A stretch of DNA of 63,996 bases, counting the filler, from Asterionella formosa (lineage: Eukaryota): assembly GCA_002256025.1 (NCBI GenBank). It is 7 parts of 7 records of this genome, joined end to end, with 100 filler letters (N's around TTAATTAATTAA, not from the genome) between each part and the next. Parts side by side here need not be neighbours in the genome. Positions count along the whole stretch, not along the records: positions 27,642 to 36,747 come from NKIB01011124.1; positions 36,848 to 45,947 come from NKIB01011135.1; positions 46,048 to 55,146 come from NKIB01011141.1; 4 more parts are not named here. The stretch is one strand, 5' to 3'. Below are positions 33,100 to 46,740 of the stretch, in pieces (positions within the stretch are counted from its first letter, which is position 1; each line of letters opens with the position of its first letter). Position numbers and translations under genes: made by a program. A model generated the notes under the pieces. That model was not told the DNA's origin and made no database searches. It saw only the letters and a program-made list of their open reading frames with translations.

Positions 33100-34091
33100 G
33101 TGGCTACACTGGCTTGGCAAACAAAACTTATAGTCCTGTACCATTCGTAGAAGCTAAATCAGGCGGGAAAGGCAAATAATTCACTAGTGCAATGACATGC
33201 TACTATGACAAGAAATGATTCACAGTCTTTGGCAGGACATAGCTCATCAATTTCTACCCTGACTATAAATTCAAGTTTAAAGATCCAACTCACGAGATGT
33301 ATTCACCCAAAAGGACAGCCGCCATGCTGCATTTGCTGTTGAAAAGGAATATATTGTTGACCTGGTGTCGAAAGCATGGGATGAATCCTTTGCCCCTATC
33401 GCTACAATCCAAAAAGCTGTTGCCGAAAGAGGTTGGGGTCCATTGAACTAAAACTTGTTACTCCATCCAGAAATTCAATTGACAAGTACCTCAAATCTGC
33501 AGACAGAACCAAACAATAATCAACCCGCCTCTTCCATTCTCCCATCCAGACTAAACTTGAGCGAGCCAAGGCATCACTGAAACCCTTGTTGATCAGGACA
33601 TACATTAGTACCGCAATCGTGAGGACGCTAGAAACGGAATAAATCTGGACAAACTTGCCCGCCAACGAAAAGAAACAGTACTAATGGCGATTGCAAGCAA
33701 TAAACGATACACATCTGGTCTTCATGTTGCTGCAGGCAAGTACTTGTTTGGTCCAGAAGTGATCGATGACCAGCTTAAAAGGAAGAGGGATGCGGAAGAA
33801 GTGCAGAGTGAGCGAGAGAATGGGAAAATAGATGCGCACATGGCGCTTGCAAACAAGGTTTGTGCAATCACCAGATCGCTTAACAAACAGTCAGCTGAGT
33901 GGACAGTAGCACAAACGAAAACAATGGCAATGTGGTATAAGCAGTCAGGCAATCTTCCATTACCAACAACGAAACAACTACTACTTACCAGATTCCATGA
34001 CACCATGATGCGTGGCGATGCTGCAGCACCAGTTGCAACTGCTGTAACGGCGCCACTTCCTCAGCACCCTTTGGTCGCTCCCATTACATGA
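33100..34091 (+). mobile_element. Decayed DNA-transposase C-terminal remnant (pogo/DDE-like, family uncertain)
   Basis: ORF 33684-34091 (TSGLHVAAGKYLFGPEV..WTVAQTKTMAMWYKQSG.LPLPTTKQLLL) preceded by stop- and frameshift-ridden coding-like DNA. Confidence 0.35.
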
Positions 34092-35002
34092 CAAGAAGAT
34101 ATGATGGGAGGACCACAAGTCTAAGAATGATGCAACAACTACTGCGAAAAATACAATGAGAGAGAACCAACAAGAACACCATCAGTCTAAAAACGATGCA
34201 ACAACTACAAATGAAAAAAATGCAAACGATATAATATTTTCTAACCGTTGCCTATAAAAATAACTACATATATGGTAAAAAAATTATCAATGGCTTTGAG
34301 CCACTTCGACCGTTTTTGTCACTTTTAAAATGGATAGATCTCAGTTAAAATATGTTCAAGTAAAAAATGATCTAATTCTCATGTAGCTAAATGAACTAAC
34401 TAATATTGTGCCCAAGGGCAAAAGAGGGGATCGATTTTAGCATACTTCTAGAATTATTCGGAAAACGATATAATAACGTGGCTCAAAGCCATTTTTAACT
34501 GGTACCCCGAAAGTGTCGATAAGAATGGGAAGGAAGGAAACGACGTTATGCTCGTTTTGAGGATTGTAACCGTTAAATTTCCGGCTGTATGGTCCATGTA
34601 TGTCCAACAACCGTAGAAACTTTACCGAAAGACAACAATTCTTTTCATGTTGTAATAATGATAGTGGCTTGTTGTATTCGGTTTCCCGCAAATATTTGAG
34701 TGGCCGGCCAATGTAAAACAGCATTTGGCGATAAATATACATGTACGAAATTATGTTAAATTGGTTTCGATTAATTTATTGAAGTGCGAAATACTTAATT
34801 TTTAGGAGAAAAAGTATTTATGTTCAAGTCTATGTAAGTACTGTAGTAAACAATGCATTATGTTGAGTAAGCCGACCCACATGTAGAAAATTGCTCTTGT
34901 CTACATAATCTGTGCTCGGAAATGAGGGTTCCGATAATCAATGCAGCTAGTTTTGGAAACAGAGAGTACTGACACCTGGGAATATGTACCAGGTACGACA
35001 GA

Positions 35003-35099
35003 TGAGCGATCCCGCTCAACTAGAGATACTTCTATAGGGTTAGGGTTACATAGGTTAGATCAGAACTCTTTATGTAGACTATGGCTGGAATCATGCTCA
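35003..35099 (+). repeat. Short relative of LTR family A with TGAGC...GCTCA ends and TAGGGTTAGGGTTA
   Basis: Shares TGAGCGATC, TATAGGGTTAGGGTTA and ATCAGAACTC with family A. Confidence 0.5.
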
Positions 35100-36040
35100 G
35101 AGTACATACAGTAGCCACCGTAGCACTAGTACGAAAGATAATTAGCATAGGGAATATTTTATGGCTAAGTTGCGGCCCTGGCTTAACCCTAGTTTGGAGA
35201 AAACGTCGCTAGGGTTGTAAAAACGGCGTGGATCAGGGAGTTTCCTACTATGAATTCCCATGATTCGAGCGTTGATTTGAATATTTGAATTAAATAGGAA
35301 TCAGCGTCAGATTGATAGAGTTCCATTTGAAACAAACAAAAATGATATTTAAACGTTTTTGTTTTATCTCGTTGATGGATGTAGATATGATTTTGCTCAA
35401 CGCCAAAACGCATTCCGGTTTATAAATAGGGAGTACCGGTATGCCAACATGTACTCTCATGGTTTGTGTTTAAACGTTATATTGAATCGACGTTGCTGTT
35501 TGCAGGTATAATAATACTATACGCACAAAGGTATACGGTATATAAAAATCAGCTCCCGGTACCTGGTACATAATCTTGGTTCATGGTGATGGAAGACATG
35601 ATGAAACGACCGATACCCTGGTACCCTGGTACCAGGTACCAGGTACCAGGTTCCGGTAGAACTGATTTTACCTACCGGTATAGAGTACATCCAATACGTG
35701 TGGTTCAAGTTTGGCAGGCGTGATTTTACAAGAACGGAATACTTCAGTCAATCTGGAGCAGGTGAGTAAATCAATTCAACCAATCAGAATACGTGTAGTG
35801 ACGCGGCAACTTACCCTGGAGTCTTTTAAGACTGAGAATTACGCAGCAAAACATACCTACGCAAGACTCTAAGTATACGAGAACTTTTTTCACATACAAG
35901 TTCCGATTCTAATATTTTGGTGACTGTTGGAAAAGCCGATCGGGTCGACTTTTTGGAGGAGGATTGCTCTACATCTGCGGGGTTTCATGAAGATAAAAGT
36001 AGATAGCCGTGTACCCTACAACGTCAGGAGTTAACTACTT

Positions 36041-36150
36041 GAGAGAAACTGCAGTTATCCCTCTTAGATTTTTTAAAAAGCTTTATAGCCCCCTTTTTTG
36101 ACTATTTTTGGATTGTTACGATTCCAAGAAGGATAACTGCAGTTACTCTC
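36041..36150. repeat. 25-bp inverted repeat (23/25 match) with a 60-bp spacer
   Basis: GAGAGAAACTGCAGTTATCCCTCTT ... AAGAAGGATAACTGCAGTTACTCTC. Confidence 0.75.
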
Positions 36151-36847
36151 ACGAAATTAGGTCCATACCATATCCGAAGATAGAACATACCCCTAAGTCG
36201 ACCCATGACTGTATCTGAGCATATGGAAAGTGGTCGTATTTGGTGAAAGCTAATTTTACCTTTATGTACTTGTACGTAATGTGTGGATTAATGTACATCA
36301 TAAAATTATTTTGGGAAAAAGTGGACCTCGCAATGTGTAACTGCGGGCGGGCCACAACCTTAATACATGCATTCATGACTTGACGTTTTGTTGAAAAGCA
36401 TATAACAACATCCGTGATTGCTTTTTTCATCTACATTCATTTCAAACTTGTAATTCAAGTCCAAGGCACATTGATGTGTCTTCATCTTCTTTATAAGGTC
36501 GTACTATTTTGACAGGGCAATGCTTGGAGCGCTGCTGTTGCAGTTCTGGTTCAAATAAGCCAGAATCTAAGGGTATGATTAAAATATAAAATGTGATGCA
36601 TCATAGAATATATATGATGCGAGTGAACTAAGATATTTTCGACAACTTCCTAAATTTTTTATAAACCCACATAAATTTTGGGGCAAACTAACAATATTTT
36701 TTTATGGCCGATCATATAATTTCTGTATCGACAACCGCAATTATTGTNNNNNNNNNNNNNNNNNNNNNNNNNNNNNNNNNNNNNNNNNNNNTTAATTAAT
36801 TAANNNNNNNNNNNNNNNNNNNNNNNNNNNNNNNNNNNNNNNNNNNN

Positions 36848-38009
36848 GATGTTGTGTCAACTCAGGGTCAATCTTTGGGAAGCTAATGCAACAAATGGAA
36901 TCATCAATGGATCTGATGCTGCTCAGCTCGCAGTTCATTTGGAACATTTTTTGTTGTGTGATATACATGAGTATAGAGTGTATAAACTGCAATTGTTGAA
37001 ACCACAAAATCGGTTGGATGAGCATGAACTGCAATCAGCAAAGCGCAACCTGAATGACACTCTAAGTCCAATGATGAAGATCCGACGACCAGAAGAAATT
37101 GCACAGATCATGGATGCTTGGGAGAATGAAAGTGAATATGAAACATAAAGCAACAGCAAAGATGAGAATGACAGTTATCAACCTGATTATGATAATAGTT
37201 TCGACTTCTTGCAGTCATTAGAAGAGGCAATTGAGGAGGTGACTGGTGGGGTCCCCTTGCAAGTGAGGAATCTGATCTCGTTCAGGTTTTCTATGATTGA
37301 CGAATATGAGGGGCATGAATTGCCCTCAATTCTATGTTCTCTAAAAAATTTGCAAGATGAGAAACGAAAAAAGTAGTTTGATTGTATCACAGAATCTGCT
37401 GTTTATTGTGTTTTGATGGAACCAGAAGATGGAGTGTTTTATGAAAGAAGTATTCTTTTTTTGATGAAGATGAGGAGGCTTATAAATTGAAGCCTTTGTA
37501 TCCTTTTGGGTTAGTAGGCTATCGCATTTTCTTTTGGAAGGACATTGAGAAATGATGCACATGGTCATGGTTGGATTTTTGAGCTCATTGCGATGAATCG
37601 CTTTTCACTCAATATAAATGTTACTTTGGAGAGTTTTTTGTCTTTGGACGAATACAATCTCATTGCAACCTTTCCCACAAATGATTTACCAAAAGTAAAA
37701 ATCATGGCAATGGATGGAATGTATGTAACCCAAAACTTTTTTCAATTTTCCTGAAATCGACATGATCTGGAAGTCTGGTTAAACAGTGTGTGGTGTTCAG
37801 GTACCTATATCAAAATACCACAATGTGTGTTTGAAAAATTTACAGAAGTGTGTGACAAGGTTGGATGGCTAACAAGAAAGATTAAGAAGGTGTATCTGCT
37901 CTGTTTAAGTGCTGAACAAAGAATTGATGATTCTGTTCAATGCAATATTCCTGAAATCCAGGGGCCAATCACAGTTATTGTGCTATGCACAAGCAGGATA
38001 CCCTTGTAA
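36848..38009 (+). pseudogene. Decayed Crinkler/RHS-type NTPase + restriction-endonuclease-fold gene
   Basis: Fragments EEVTGGVPLQV, GHGWIFELIA and NFPEIDMIWKSG*TVCGVQV (from 37744), with multiple stops and frameshifts. Confidence 0.5.
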
Positions 38010-40233
38010 GCTGTATAGAATTGCCATTATTGTACTAAATCAAACATATGATTCATGTTATCAATTTTAAAGAGTCAAGTCCTAGAATTTTTTTTTGGAG
38101 TGATCTGTCAGGCCTTTGTGGCATGAAGTTTGGGATTAACAATTTGGCAGTTACTAGGGTAACAGTTGATGATTGGGGATAGCTAGTTTAGACACTCCAG
38201 TATACATTTTTTGCAATGATTATCATAGTAGTCTACAGATCAAAATATGGTAGTAATCATATTCATATATGTCATTTGCATTAATACATACTATTGTATA
38301 GTTGCTAGTTGTCACAGGAGCAGGGAGGGGACTTCATCACAATATGGTACTAATAGTACCAGGTACCAGGTAGCTTGGAGAGAGTCAATGCCAGACAAGC
38401 CCAAGATGCAACTTCCAAAATTCGTTGGTCTGGTTTCTGCTCCATTGAATTTTCGGTGGACAAGGTCCTTATCGTTGGGAGGTGCCGTCGCTTTCCCTCT
38501 GTTGGTCTTTTGATGGAAACCAGAGAAGATGATAAGGTCCACAATAATCTCGCCTTGACACCATGTATACTGAGGGTCGATGAGTGATGGTTCAAGTGCG
38601 CAAATGCGCTCTGTATCATCGGTTACAGCACTGTTGAACGCCTATACAGGGCCGTCCAGTCCCTCCTCTGTATTGTCCCCAAAAGGTTCCGAAAGCTTTT
38701 GTTGAGGCCATCAGAGTCAATTCGAACACAATGATGTGCATGCGTATGTGTAGCAGCCGTCACGGCAGTGTCATCGAGCCAGCTGAGTTTCGTGTGGCGA
38801 AAAAATATTTGTGGTTTGTATGAAGGCTATGTAGGCTAGGGTTTCAGGGTTTATCAAAAAGAGGGGGACGAAATATCGAAATAGGGGGACGAAATATCTT
38901 TTTCCTATATATATATATCTGTGCGTTATGCTTCAAATTAGATGCGACTAAAAGGGCAATTGATTTTGGTGTTAAAAAGACTTTCTAATTTCTACACATT
39001 GTAAAAAAGCTATCTACTCACTCACCACAGAATGTTGAGTATTAATTTCATTTCATTGCTGAAATCAAGAGGAAGGAAATTAAAGGTTGAAGGGGCAACC
39101 AATTTCCTTCATTTGCCTGCCAATCCTGGTCACATTTTAGAACTAAGATAATATGGTTACAGCTTGCTTCAGTCTGAAATGCAACCAGGATTGGATAAGA
39201 GATAAAGTTGGTGAAAATCGCAACAAAGCAATAATACTTTTTGCGGACTTCTAGAGCTATTATGTTGACATAGTATTGTCACCATGATGAGCTTGATTCA
39301 AGTGACAAGTGCTCTAGAAACTGGAATGTTGTTTTGCTCTGCTTTTACCACCAGCTCCTATTGACCAAGCAATATGTTGACATCATGCCATGAGTGTGCC
39401 TACTTTAAAGAATAGATCAATGGGTCATCAATAATTAAATGCAGCTTTTGCATTTATATTCCATGGTAGTATTACTATGAAGATAGAACCTGTAATGAAA
39501 AATACATCAAAAAGGAATCCCATCTTCCCTTCTCATCACCATAGCCACACTGTAGAATCAATTGCCTATGCATCTAATAATAATCAGCCACTTCCAGGTA
39601 GAACTACCAGCATGTATCTGGGAAGATCATCAGGAACATGTAATGACCAGTATATAGTAGCTAACAAATGAAGCAAGTTTTTTGCATGATTCTGAAGCAA
39701 GATGTCTGGCTTTGTGCAAACCAAACAACAACCACCCTACGTACGCAGAAATTTTCACCCTGTCTGCACAGTCAGTAAGATCTCGCGGCATGCGTGACAT
39801 GGGTTCTGATGTTTTAGTATTCCTGGCAGGTATAAACCAGGCAACTCCAGGTACTCCTTTCGTTTTTGGTGTCACTACAGCATGCATCAAACCTGTCGTA
39901 CATTATAAAATGTTCATTCCACCGGTACCTGGTACGAGGGTACCTGGTACCAGGTAGTACCAGTACCATAAGGACAACAGCCAGTTGGTACCTGGTACCA
40001 GGTACCATGTACCTTGTATTATTAGGACAACACTACATACCGTTTCTATTTCCTCAAACCACGACAGCAAACTGATGTGCGTAGTGCTTGGATCATCATA
40101 ATAAGAAAGATTCCATCGATTTGTTTTGTTGTTACTGTCTACACTAAAAGTAGACTGTGCCAAATCACTACCCGCTTGTTCCATCTTCCACCACCGGTAC
40201 AAGCACGAAGCACGTTACTACAAGGACTATACC

Positions 40234-41068
40234 ATGGTCAGCTCTAATTTCACGCTTCTTGCCTTGGTGGCCTGTGCAGCTGCTAGATCCACACTGGCCT
40301 TCTCCCCTGTCAGACTGGACCGAAACATTGCAACTCGGCTTGCTGCTCAAGGAAATGAGAACGCCTTTGAAGGGTTCGGAAAGATTGCTGCTGCAGTTGT
40401 TCTTTCGTTATCTGTCATGGCCAACCCTGGACCTGCCTTAGCGGATGGTGAGTCTTAGCCTGATGATTTATCTAGACGTTCCTGATCTGACAGACCAGCA
40501 GATCGTACCGAATCCCTCATTGTGCAATCATTTCCCACCCACCTCACCTCACACAATCGTTATAATAGGCCAAACGAAGGAATTCAGACTCCCTCCAATC
40601 AACTTTGCCGACAAGACACGTTGTTCCCTCAATAGCAGCAGCATGGGACAAGCCAATGCAGCCCGTGATAAGCTATATGACTTGCGTCAATGCGATTTGT
40701 CGGGCAAAGATGCGTCTGGATTCGACTTGTCTGGTGTCATCATGTCCAAGACAGATGTGTCCAAAACCAAATTTGTGGAATCTCAGTTAAGTAAGGCATA
40801 TCTTCATGACAGTAACTTTGATGAGGCCGACTTTACCAACGCTATTGTTGACCGAGCAAGTTTCGCTGGTTCGTCGCTTCATGGAACCATCTTTGCCAAC
40901 GCTGTTTTGACCGGAACAAGTTTTGAAGGAGCAGATGTCGAGAATGCTGATTTTACAGATGCATACATTGGAGGCTTTGACATTAAGAATTTGTGCAAGA
41001 ATCCAACACTCAAAGGAAAGAATCCAACGACTGGTGCTGATACTGTACTCTCTGTGGGTTGTCTTTGA
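40234..41068 (+). CDS. TL17: Thylakoid lumenal pentapeptide-repeat protein (TL17-like); intron 40448-40568
   Basis: Signal peptide + LA-FSP, lumen-targeting hydrophobic stretch ending PALA, RLPPI..RC..MGQAN..DKLYDLRQC, pentapeptide repeats, LCKN..GC. Confidence 0.88.
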
Positions 41069-41401
41069 TCCTAGTGAAGACGCGAATGAATGGAAAGCGC
41101 GGAACCTTCACTGTAGCTAATGCAAAACCTAATCCACCTTCATTAAACCGCATACCTTAGTGCATGCAAATTTGTATACCTAATAGTATACTGGTTCTTT
41201 TGGTAATACTTCTTGTAATTTGATATTGTGCGTCCAAACATGCATGCCATTAGAAACACCAAATAAAGAAAAAGGCCTGGATTATCCTACCTTTTCGACA
41301 GGTAAGTGAAATAACAAGGTTAAGAATTGTAATTTCCAACATGAATAGTAACGCTCTCGCTAACAGACACGACACAGAAATGGGGATTGGCACTTATAAC
41401 T

Positions 41402-42446
41402 TTATCCCCTTCGTGCTTTGATAGCTCTGGTATCTACCGACTTTTGCACGAGTTTACCCGAGGCACGCAGGTCTGGTGTGTTGGTTTTCGGAACAAGGAT
41501 TTCTCCATCGTCTTGACTGGACAAAACCTCCTTGGTTAATGCATCGATGGTTAACCACTTTCCAGGATACACCCGAGTTAGGTATCCAACAACTTGTGAA
41601 TTGTAGGTTAACGGTTTTAGAAAGTATGCCATCGTTGCTCCTGCAGGGATACTCCTATCATCTTTTGCAAATCCATTCAGAACAACAACTGCCTTGGCTA
41701 TTCCAGCCGATGCTATCGACTGAGCTGCTTGGTAATCACTACGAGACGATGGCGATAGTAGAATGCACACATCTCCAGTGACAACCTCGGGCAATCCATC
41801 TCGAAGAGAAAATAGTTGAGCCGATCCTACTGATTTCTTGGCACTCTTGAGAAAACTGGTCGATGCCGCAGAACTAGCCAATAGCCATGTTTTGGGACCC
41901 ATAAATGGCAGCGGGGCGATGGACGACAGTAATTTACTAGCAAACAACAAGTTCGCATTGTCGACTTCAATGGCAGATCGCAGAGATCCGTCGCCAAGTT
42001 TGTTGAGCGCCTCCAATGGCGGAAATTCTACCTCAATCAGAGGGAAATCCTTGTTCTTTGGCATTGCAATCGCTGCTTTGATGGCATCAAAGGCTAGATT
42101 GTTTCTATTATCAAAATTCAAGAGCACAAATATAGGTATATTGGTTTAGTTTGTTTGCTTGGTAAGGGACCACCACACGCTCCTATATAATAATAGAGGA
42201 GTAATATATTGATATCATACCTCAAGTGCTGTCGTCATTGGGATTGGCTCAAAGTGACTCAACTCACCTATCGGCGGCAGATGTTGGGATACGTCCGCCA
42301 CCAGGACCAAATAAATTCAACGAACTTTGTTGCTGCGGGTTATTATGATGAACATGATGGGCTTGAAAGCAGGTCACTTGCGCCCGTAAGCATGTAACCA
42401 CAAGGAGAGAAACGGAACATATTTGCTGCCGATGGACCCTCATCAT
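41402..42446 (-). CDS. Plastid-targeted DUF1995-family protein; intron 42105-42267
   Basis: Signal peptide + TC-F. Motifs LIEVEFPPL, VVVLNG, YFLKPL and YLTRVYPGKW. GTGAG donor and AATAG acceptor join in frame. Confidence 0.75.
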
Positions 42447-43345
42447 GTTGAATGCAGATCTAATAAATACGTTCAATCCGTCATTACTTTTACTATATTT
42501 CCGATTGCTTCGTTTTGCACGTGATATGTTTAGATTTAAAATATATAAATGATATATATTAAGATGTATGGCCGACTGCAGTTTACTGCACCAGTCCAGT
42601 CGGCCATGAGGATACCGGCATGTCGAAATTAAAATTAAATATAAGCTAATGTTCCCAGTATGGTGATTTGTCGTCATATCTCACCATGTACAAAATATAC
42701 AAATATTCCATGAACGAAACTGCTTACCGGTTCCGGTATTTCTCTATTGTATGTTACCATTTACAATATCACTTTTCTATTAATCCTTCGTCTTTGCCTT
42801 GAAAATATTACGAATGGGAAATTGGAACTCAGCCATATCATAATGGCAAAAGTTAAAATAGGGAGTGAAATCAACGCAACTACAGGAGGGTATGTAGTAC
42901 TGTCATCAAATTGACAAAAGTTTGCCAACATATATACCATATTTATTAGGCATCTTCATAAATGAGCACAAGCGTTCAAATCCTATCTTGACCCCATCAC
43001 TTAGTAGAACAAAAGCCAATCCTCCAAATATAAGTCCACCCTATTGATATTATACTGTACATCATTGGAATGCATCATTGCAAGGCGGCAAGGTTTGTGA
43101 AAAGAACTCCGACAACCATGCAAGTTTGATTGAATGAACTAGTGATCAATGAAGTGAAAACCCAAGATTTTGATTCTTCAACTAAAATAAAAAATGTGAC
43201 TAGAAACTAGTAGTGTTTTTCTCCACTACAAGTCTGAACCATTTACACCAAAGATCCCTGGTTGTTAAATATTGACTATACACAGGATATCCACAATCCC
43301 TTGTCAACCAATACTTGTATTCTTGTCCAACTGTGACACAAGCTT

Positions 43346-44787
43346 CTAATTATCGTTCGCAACGTCACTCAATTGACACAATCTCGCCATCAATCCCAAT
43401 AATTGCAACAAGGTGGTCACACCATCTGCAATGCGCATGTGAGTAAACCCAATGTGACGTAAGAACTCCAACTTCATTGCTTCCTGCATGTCATGTGCCT
43501 TGACAACCTTGAATAGTGTTCCAATAATATCACTTGCTGAATATCCAGATCGCCACAGCCCTTCCATGGTTAGTACTGCAACTTTCATATCCCCCCTTGT
43601 ACATGCCTCAACAATAGCCTTGACAGTTGTGGGATGGGGTTGATCGCAAACCTTGAATACATTAAGTTGGCTGACATGTCCAAATCCCGAATGTGTGGCT
43701 TGCAAATTATTCAAGGCATTGCGCATATCACCTTCGGCAGTAAAGATGATTGCTTCAAGTCCATCCAGAGAGTACGAGACAGATTCTTCTTGACACACGT
43801 GTCGAAGTCGAGCCAAAATGTGTTCGTCGCTCAGACGAGAATAGCGCAGAATGGCAGCTCGAGATTGGATAGGTTCAATGAGTTTGGTGGAAATGTTACA
43901 GGCCAAAGCAAATCGTGTCGAATTGGAATAAATTTCCATAGTTCGGCGGAGTGCTTGTTGTGCGGCCGATGTCATGGAGTCGGCTTCATCTAAAATAATA
44001 ATTTTGTGACTTTTTTTTTGAAATGGAGGGACATATACAAGGAGCGAAACAGGGGTCATGAGCGTCGTTTAGAGTGAAACCACGGCGACGCACATTAATG
44101 AATACACACGTACCGACCAGGAGGAAGATTGACCTTGTTCATGGCAAAGCCTTTAATTTTGTTACGGACCACCTAGATGATGAAGGATACCGGGTGAGAC
44201 ATGGGCGGCGAGTATTGCAAGATTCGTGATGAATGTATTTCAAGTCATTGTGCATCAAATATACTATAATCTATTTCTTAACTTACATCAATGCCTCTGG
44301 CGTCGGATGCATTCAATTCGAGTACACCAGTGGCATATGCCTTATCACCTAATAGCTGTCGTGCCAATGCATGAACACTTGTAGTCTGCCCGATTGAATG
44401 GTTGAGTGCGTCACGTACACAAGTGAGAAGGAATCTCCGACAGTTTGGTTTCGCACTACGGTAGACTGGTTGTTTACACATGTAGGAAGACATGACAGTG
44501 ATATTTCAACGTACCTTTCCGGTTCCTGGTGGACCACAAAGGATCAGGTTGGGCATATTTCCGTCTTGAGCAATGGCTTGAAGGCGAACCAATGTTTCTT
44601 CATTTCCTACAACATCACTCAAGAAGCGAGGACGATACTTTTCAACCCATGGTTGCATGTTGGTATTTATCGTCGTCGCAGTGATGGGGATGTTGTCATT
44701 TATGATTTTCCGTTTCCGAGAGGAAGGGTCTTCATTTTCTTTGGCCAGCACAGTTTCTGTCATCATGGTGGTATCGTCCTCTGCCAT
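43346..44787 (-). CDS. RFC2: Replication factor C small subunit (human RFC2/yeast Rfc4 type); exons 44787-44515, 44385-44287, 44172-44114 and 44009-43346
   Basis: [49 protein letters not shown] and IEPIQSR. All three introns are GT-AG and join in frame. Confidence 0.93.
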
Positions 44788-46074
44788 TTGAATCTGTCTA
44801 TGTATGATGGTGGGATCTCAGAGAGTAATGAAAGTACCGGTATGTCAACAAGAACAAGGGGACAAGAACCACAGTTTCCCTTTGTGTAACGAACGAACGA
44901 CTACTGGTAATAGCTGGACTTGTATGTTCGATAATGGTAATGATTTATTTGTGTACATGCACATCAGGCAGTAGAGCTAATAGTGATGCGATGATACATG
45001 CACACACCGCCAGCGCGTGTATCCATCCAATGGTACAAACTATACGGTCTGCCGAAAGATACATTATGTGAGTAGCTCTATGTGTGTACTATAGTGTACT
45101 CGGAATGTATGATTATAAATTAATATAAATATAGCATGAATAACAGGAGTAGATATATTAAGTTGAAACACATAGAGATTCCTGATTCCTGATCAGGTTA
45201 TGAGTGTCAATATATTTTCGCCTCTAGTGACCTGATTAGAAACATGTACCACAATCCACTAGATGATTGATTCAAGATTACATGGTTAAATATCGCGTGT
45301 AAAATGCCACAGTTGAGAGAGGAACTTTCAGGAGAAGTTCTCTCTAACCTGTTAATTGGACTCTAGAAGACGATCAGACCTAGAAGCCAAATCAATAAAT
45401 GATTGACTAGACAATTACAGATATGTCCGCAACATCAAGGAACATTAAAGAAGCAAACTAGATATGATCTAGTTATGATTAACAGGATCATTCTGTAAGC
45501 AGTCTTCGATCCAACAGCATCTGGCCTAAGTTGAGACAGGCCAAGATTAAGACAAATGTGTATTTAGGAAGAGGATGTAGTTTATTCTCAGTTCAAGTTG
45601 GGAACACAAATGAACCTCGCCTCCGAAGATCACCTCTATTTTGAAACATGCATGAGCTTGGAAGTTTCAAAATCATACATTCAAATTTACATTTACATTA
45701 AGCTCACTCTTTTATAAAAACAATTATTAGCAAACAAAGTAAAACAAACAAATTGTGTAGAAACATTTTTCTAGCAAATTTTACTGCGTGAGAGCTACAG
45801 ATACGTAGCATCTACCAACTTATTATGGCTAAATTACTTAATTAATAGCTGGTCGTGGGTGGTGGTACCAGCTACCGGTGTGTTCCAGTACCATCATTTG
45901 GCGCGCCAAACTACTTGTGTGCATGTCTGTGTAATACCCATCATATANNNNNNNNNNNNNNNNNNNNNNNNNNNNNNNNNNNNNNNNNNNNTTAATTAAT
46001 TAANNNNNNNNNNNNNNNNNNNNNNNNNNNNNNNNNNNNNNNNNNNNGCATACATGCCATTTGCATAGTGGTCG

Positions 46075-46740
46075 TTAACATGACGTAGGCTTGCGCAATG
46101 TGGATGAGGATGTCAGTATTGCGTCTACGGGAGAAGATGACCGTATAGGCGATTCGGAACCATTTGATTCGTCCAAGGAAGGAACTGATGCGACATGCGG
46201 CTCATGCTGAGGCGATGACTCTTCTTTCTCTATCCTCTGAACTTCGGCAGCATCGCGCTGCGCTACTAGTAGAGCATTCTGAAGGGCCCATTGCGAGTTG
46301 ACAGTTGACAGCATTCGCAGTATTTTCGGATTCCGCCTGCCTTCTTGTCGTTGACGCTCCTGTTCCAGCAAAATGGTCTGATAGTGCGTTTGTTCACGTC
46401 GCTTCTTTTCGTCGTGAAATTTCATCGACTGATATTTTTCAAGTCCTCTGGAGCACACATCTAACATATTTCCTTTCCTGAGGACACGCACTGTTGCTTT
46501 GACATCCTTTCCAAAAACTTGATAGTCTTTTTGTGTGTACCACGTCTTTTGTATATCGGAATCTGTCAGAGGAAACGATAGCAACTTTATTTGCGGCTGG
46601 AAGCCCACTTTGCGAAAGGTTCGTTTCTTGCACGATAAACCATTTGGCTTTGCCATTGAAAACGGAGAATTTCGGCGATGGGCGAAACAATGAGGACGAA
46701 CTAGAGGAAGAGTGATGAAAGTAGACCCCATGGGCGACAA
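46075..46740 (-). CDS. Hypothetical protein of a common diatom family
   Basis: KVGF..WYTQKDY..CSRGLE..ILLEQERQ..SQWA..A..DA pattern in an intact 221-aa ORF. Confidence 0.65.
   Translation of the reverse strand: MSPMGSTFITLPLVRPHCFAHRRNSPFSMAKPNGLSCKKRTFRKVGFQPQIKLLSFPLTDSDIQKTWYTQKDYQVFGKDVKATVRVLRKGNMLDVCSRGLEKYQSMKFHDEKKRREQTHYQTILLEQERQRQEGRRNPKILRMLSTVNSQWALQNALLVAQRDAAEVQRIEKEESSPQHEPHVASVPSLDESNGSESPIRSSSPVDAILTSSSTLRKPTSC

Noticed and set aside
35183..35420. TTAACCCT as a piggyBac end
   Set aside because: No matching opposite end and no transposase found.
38312..38900. Short ORFs and a duplicated AGGGGGACGAAATATC 16-mer
   Set aside because: Probably a TE end, but no partner TIR or recognisable domain.
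45160..45780. Possible LTR with a GGTTATGAG PBS-like motif
   Set aside because: No second copy, TSD or coding motif in the window.
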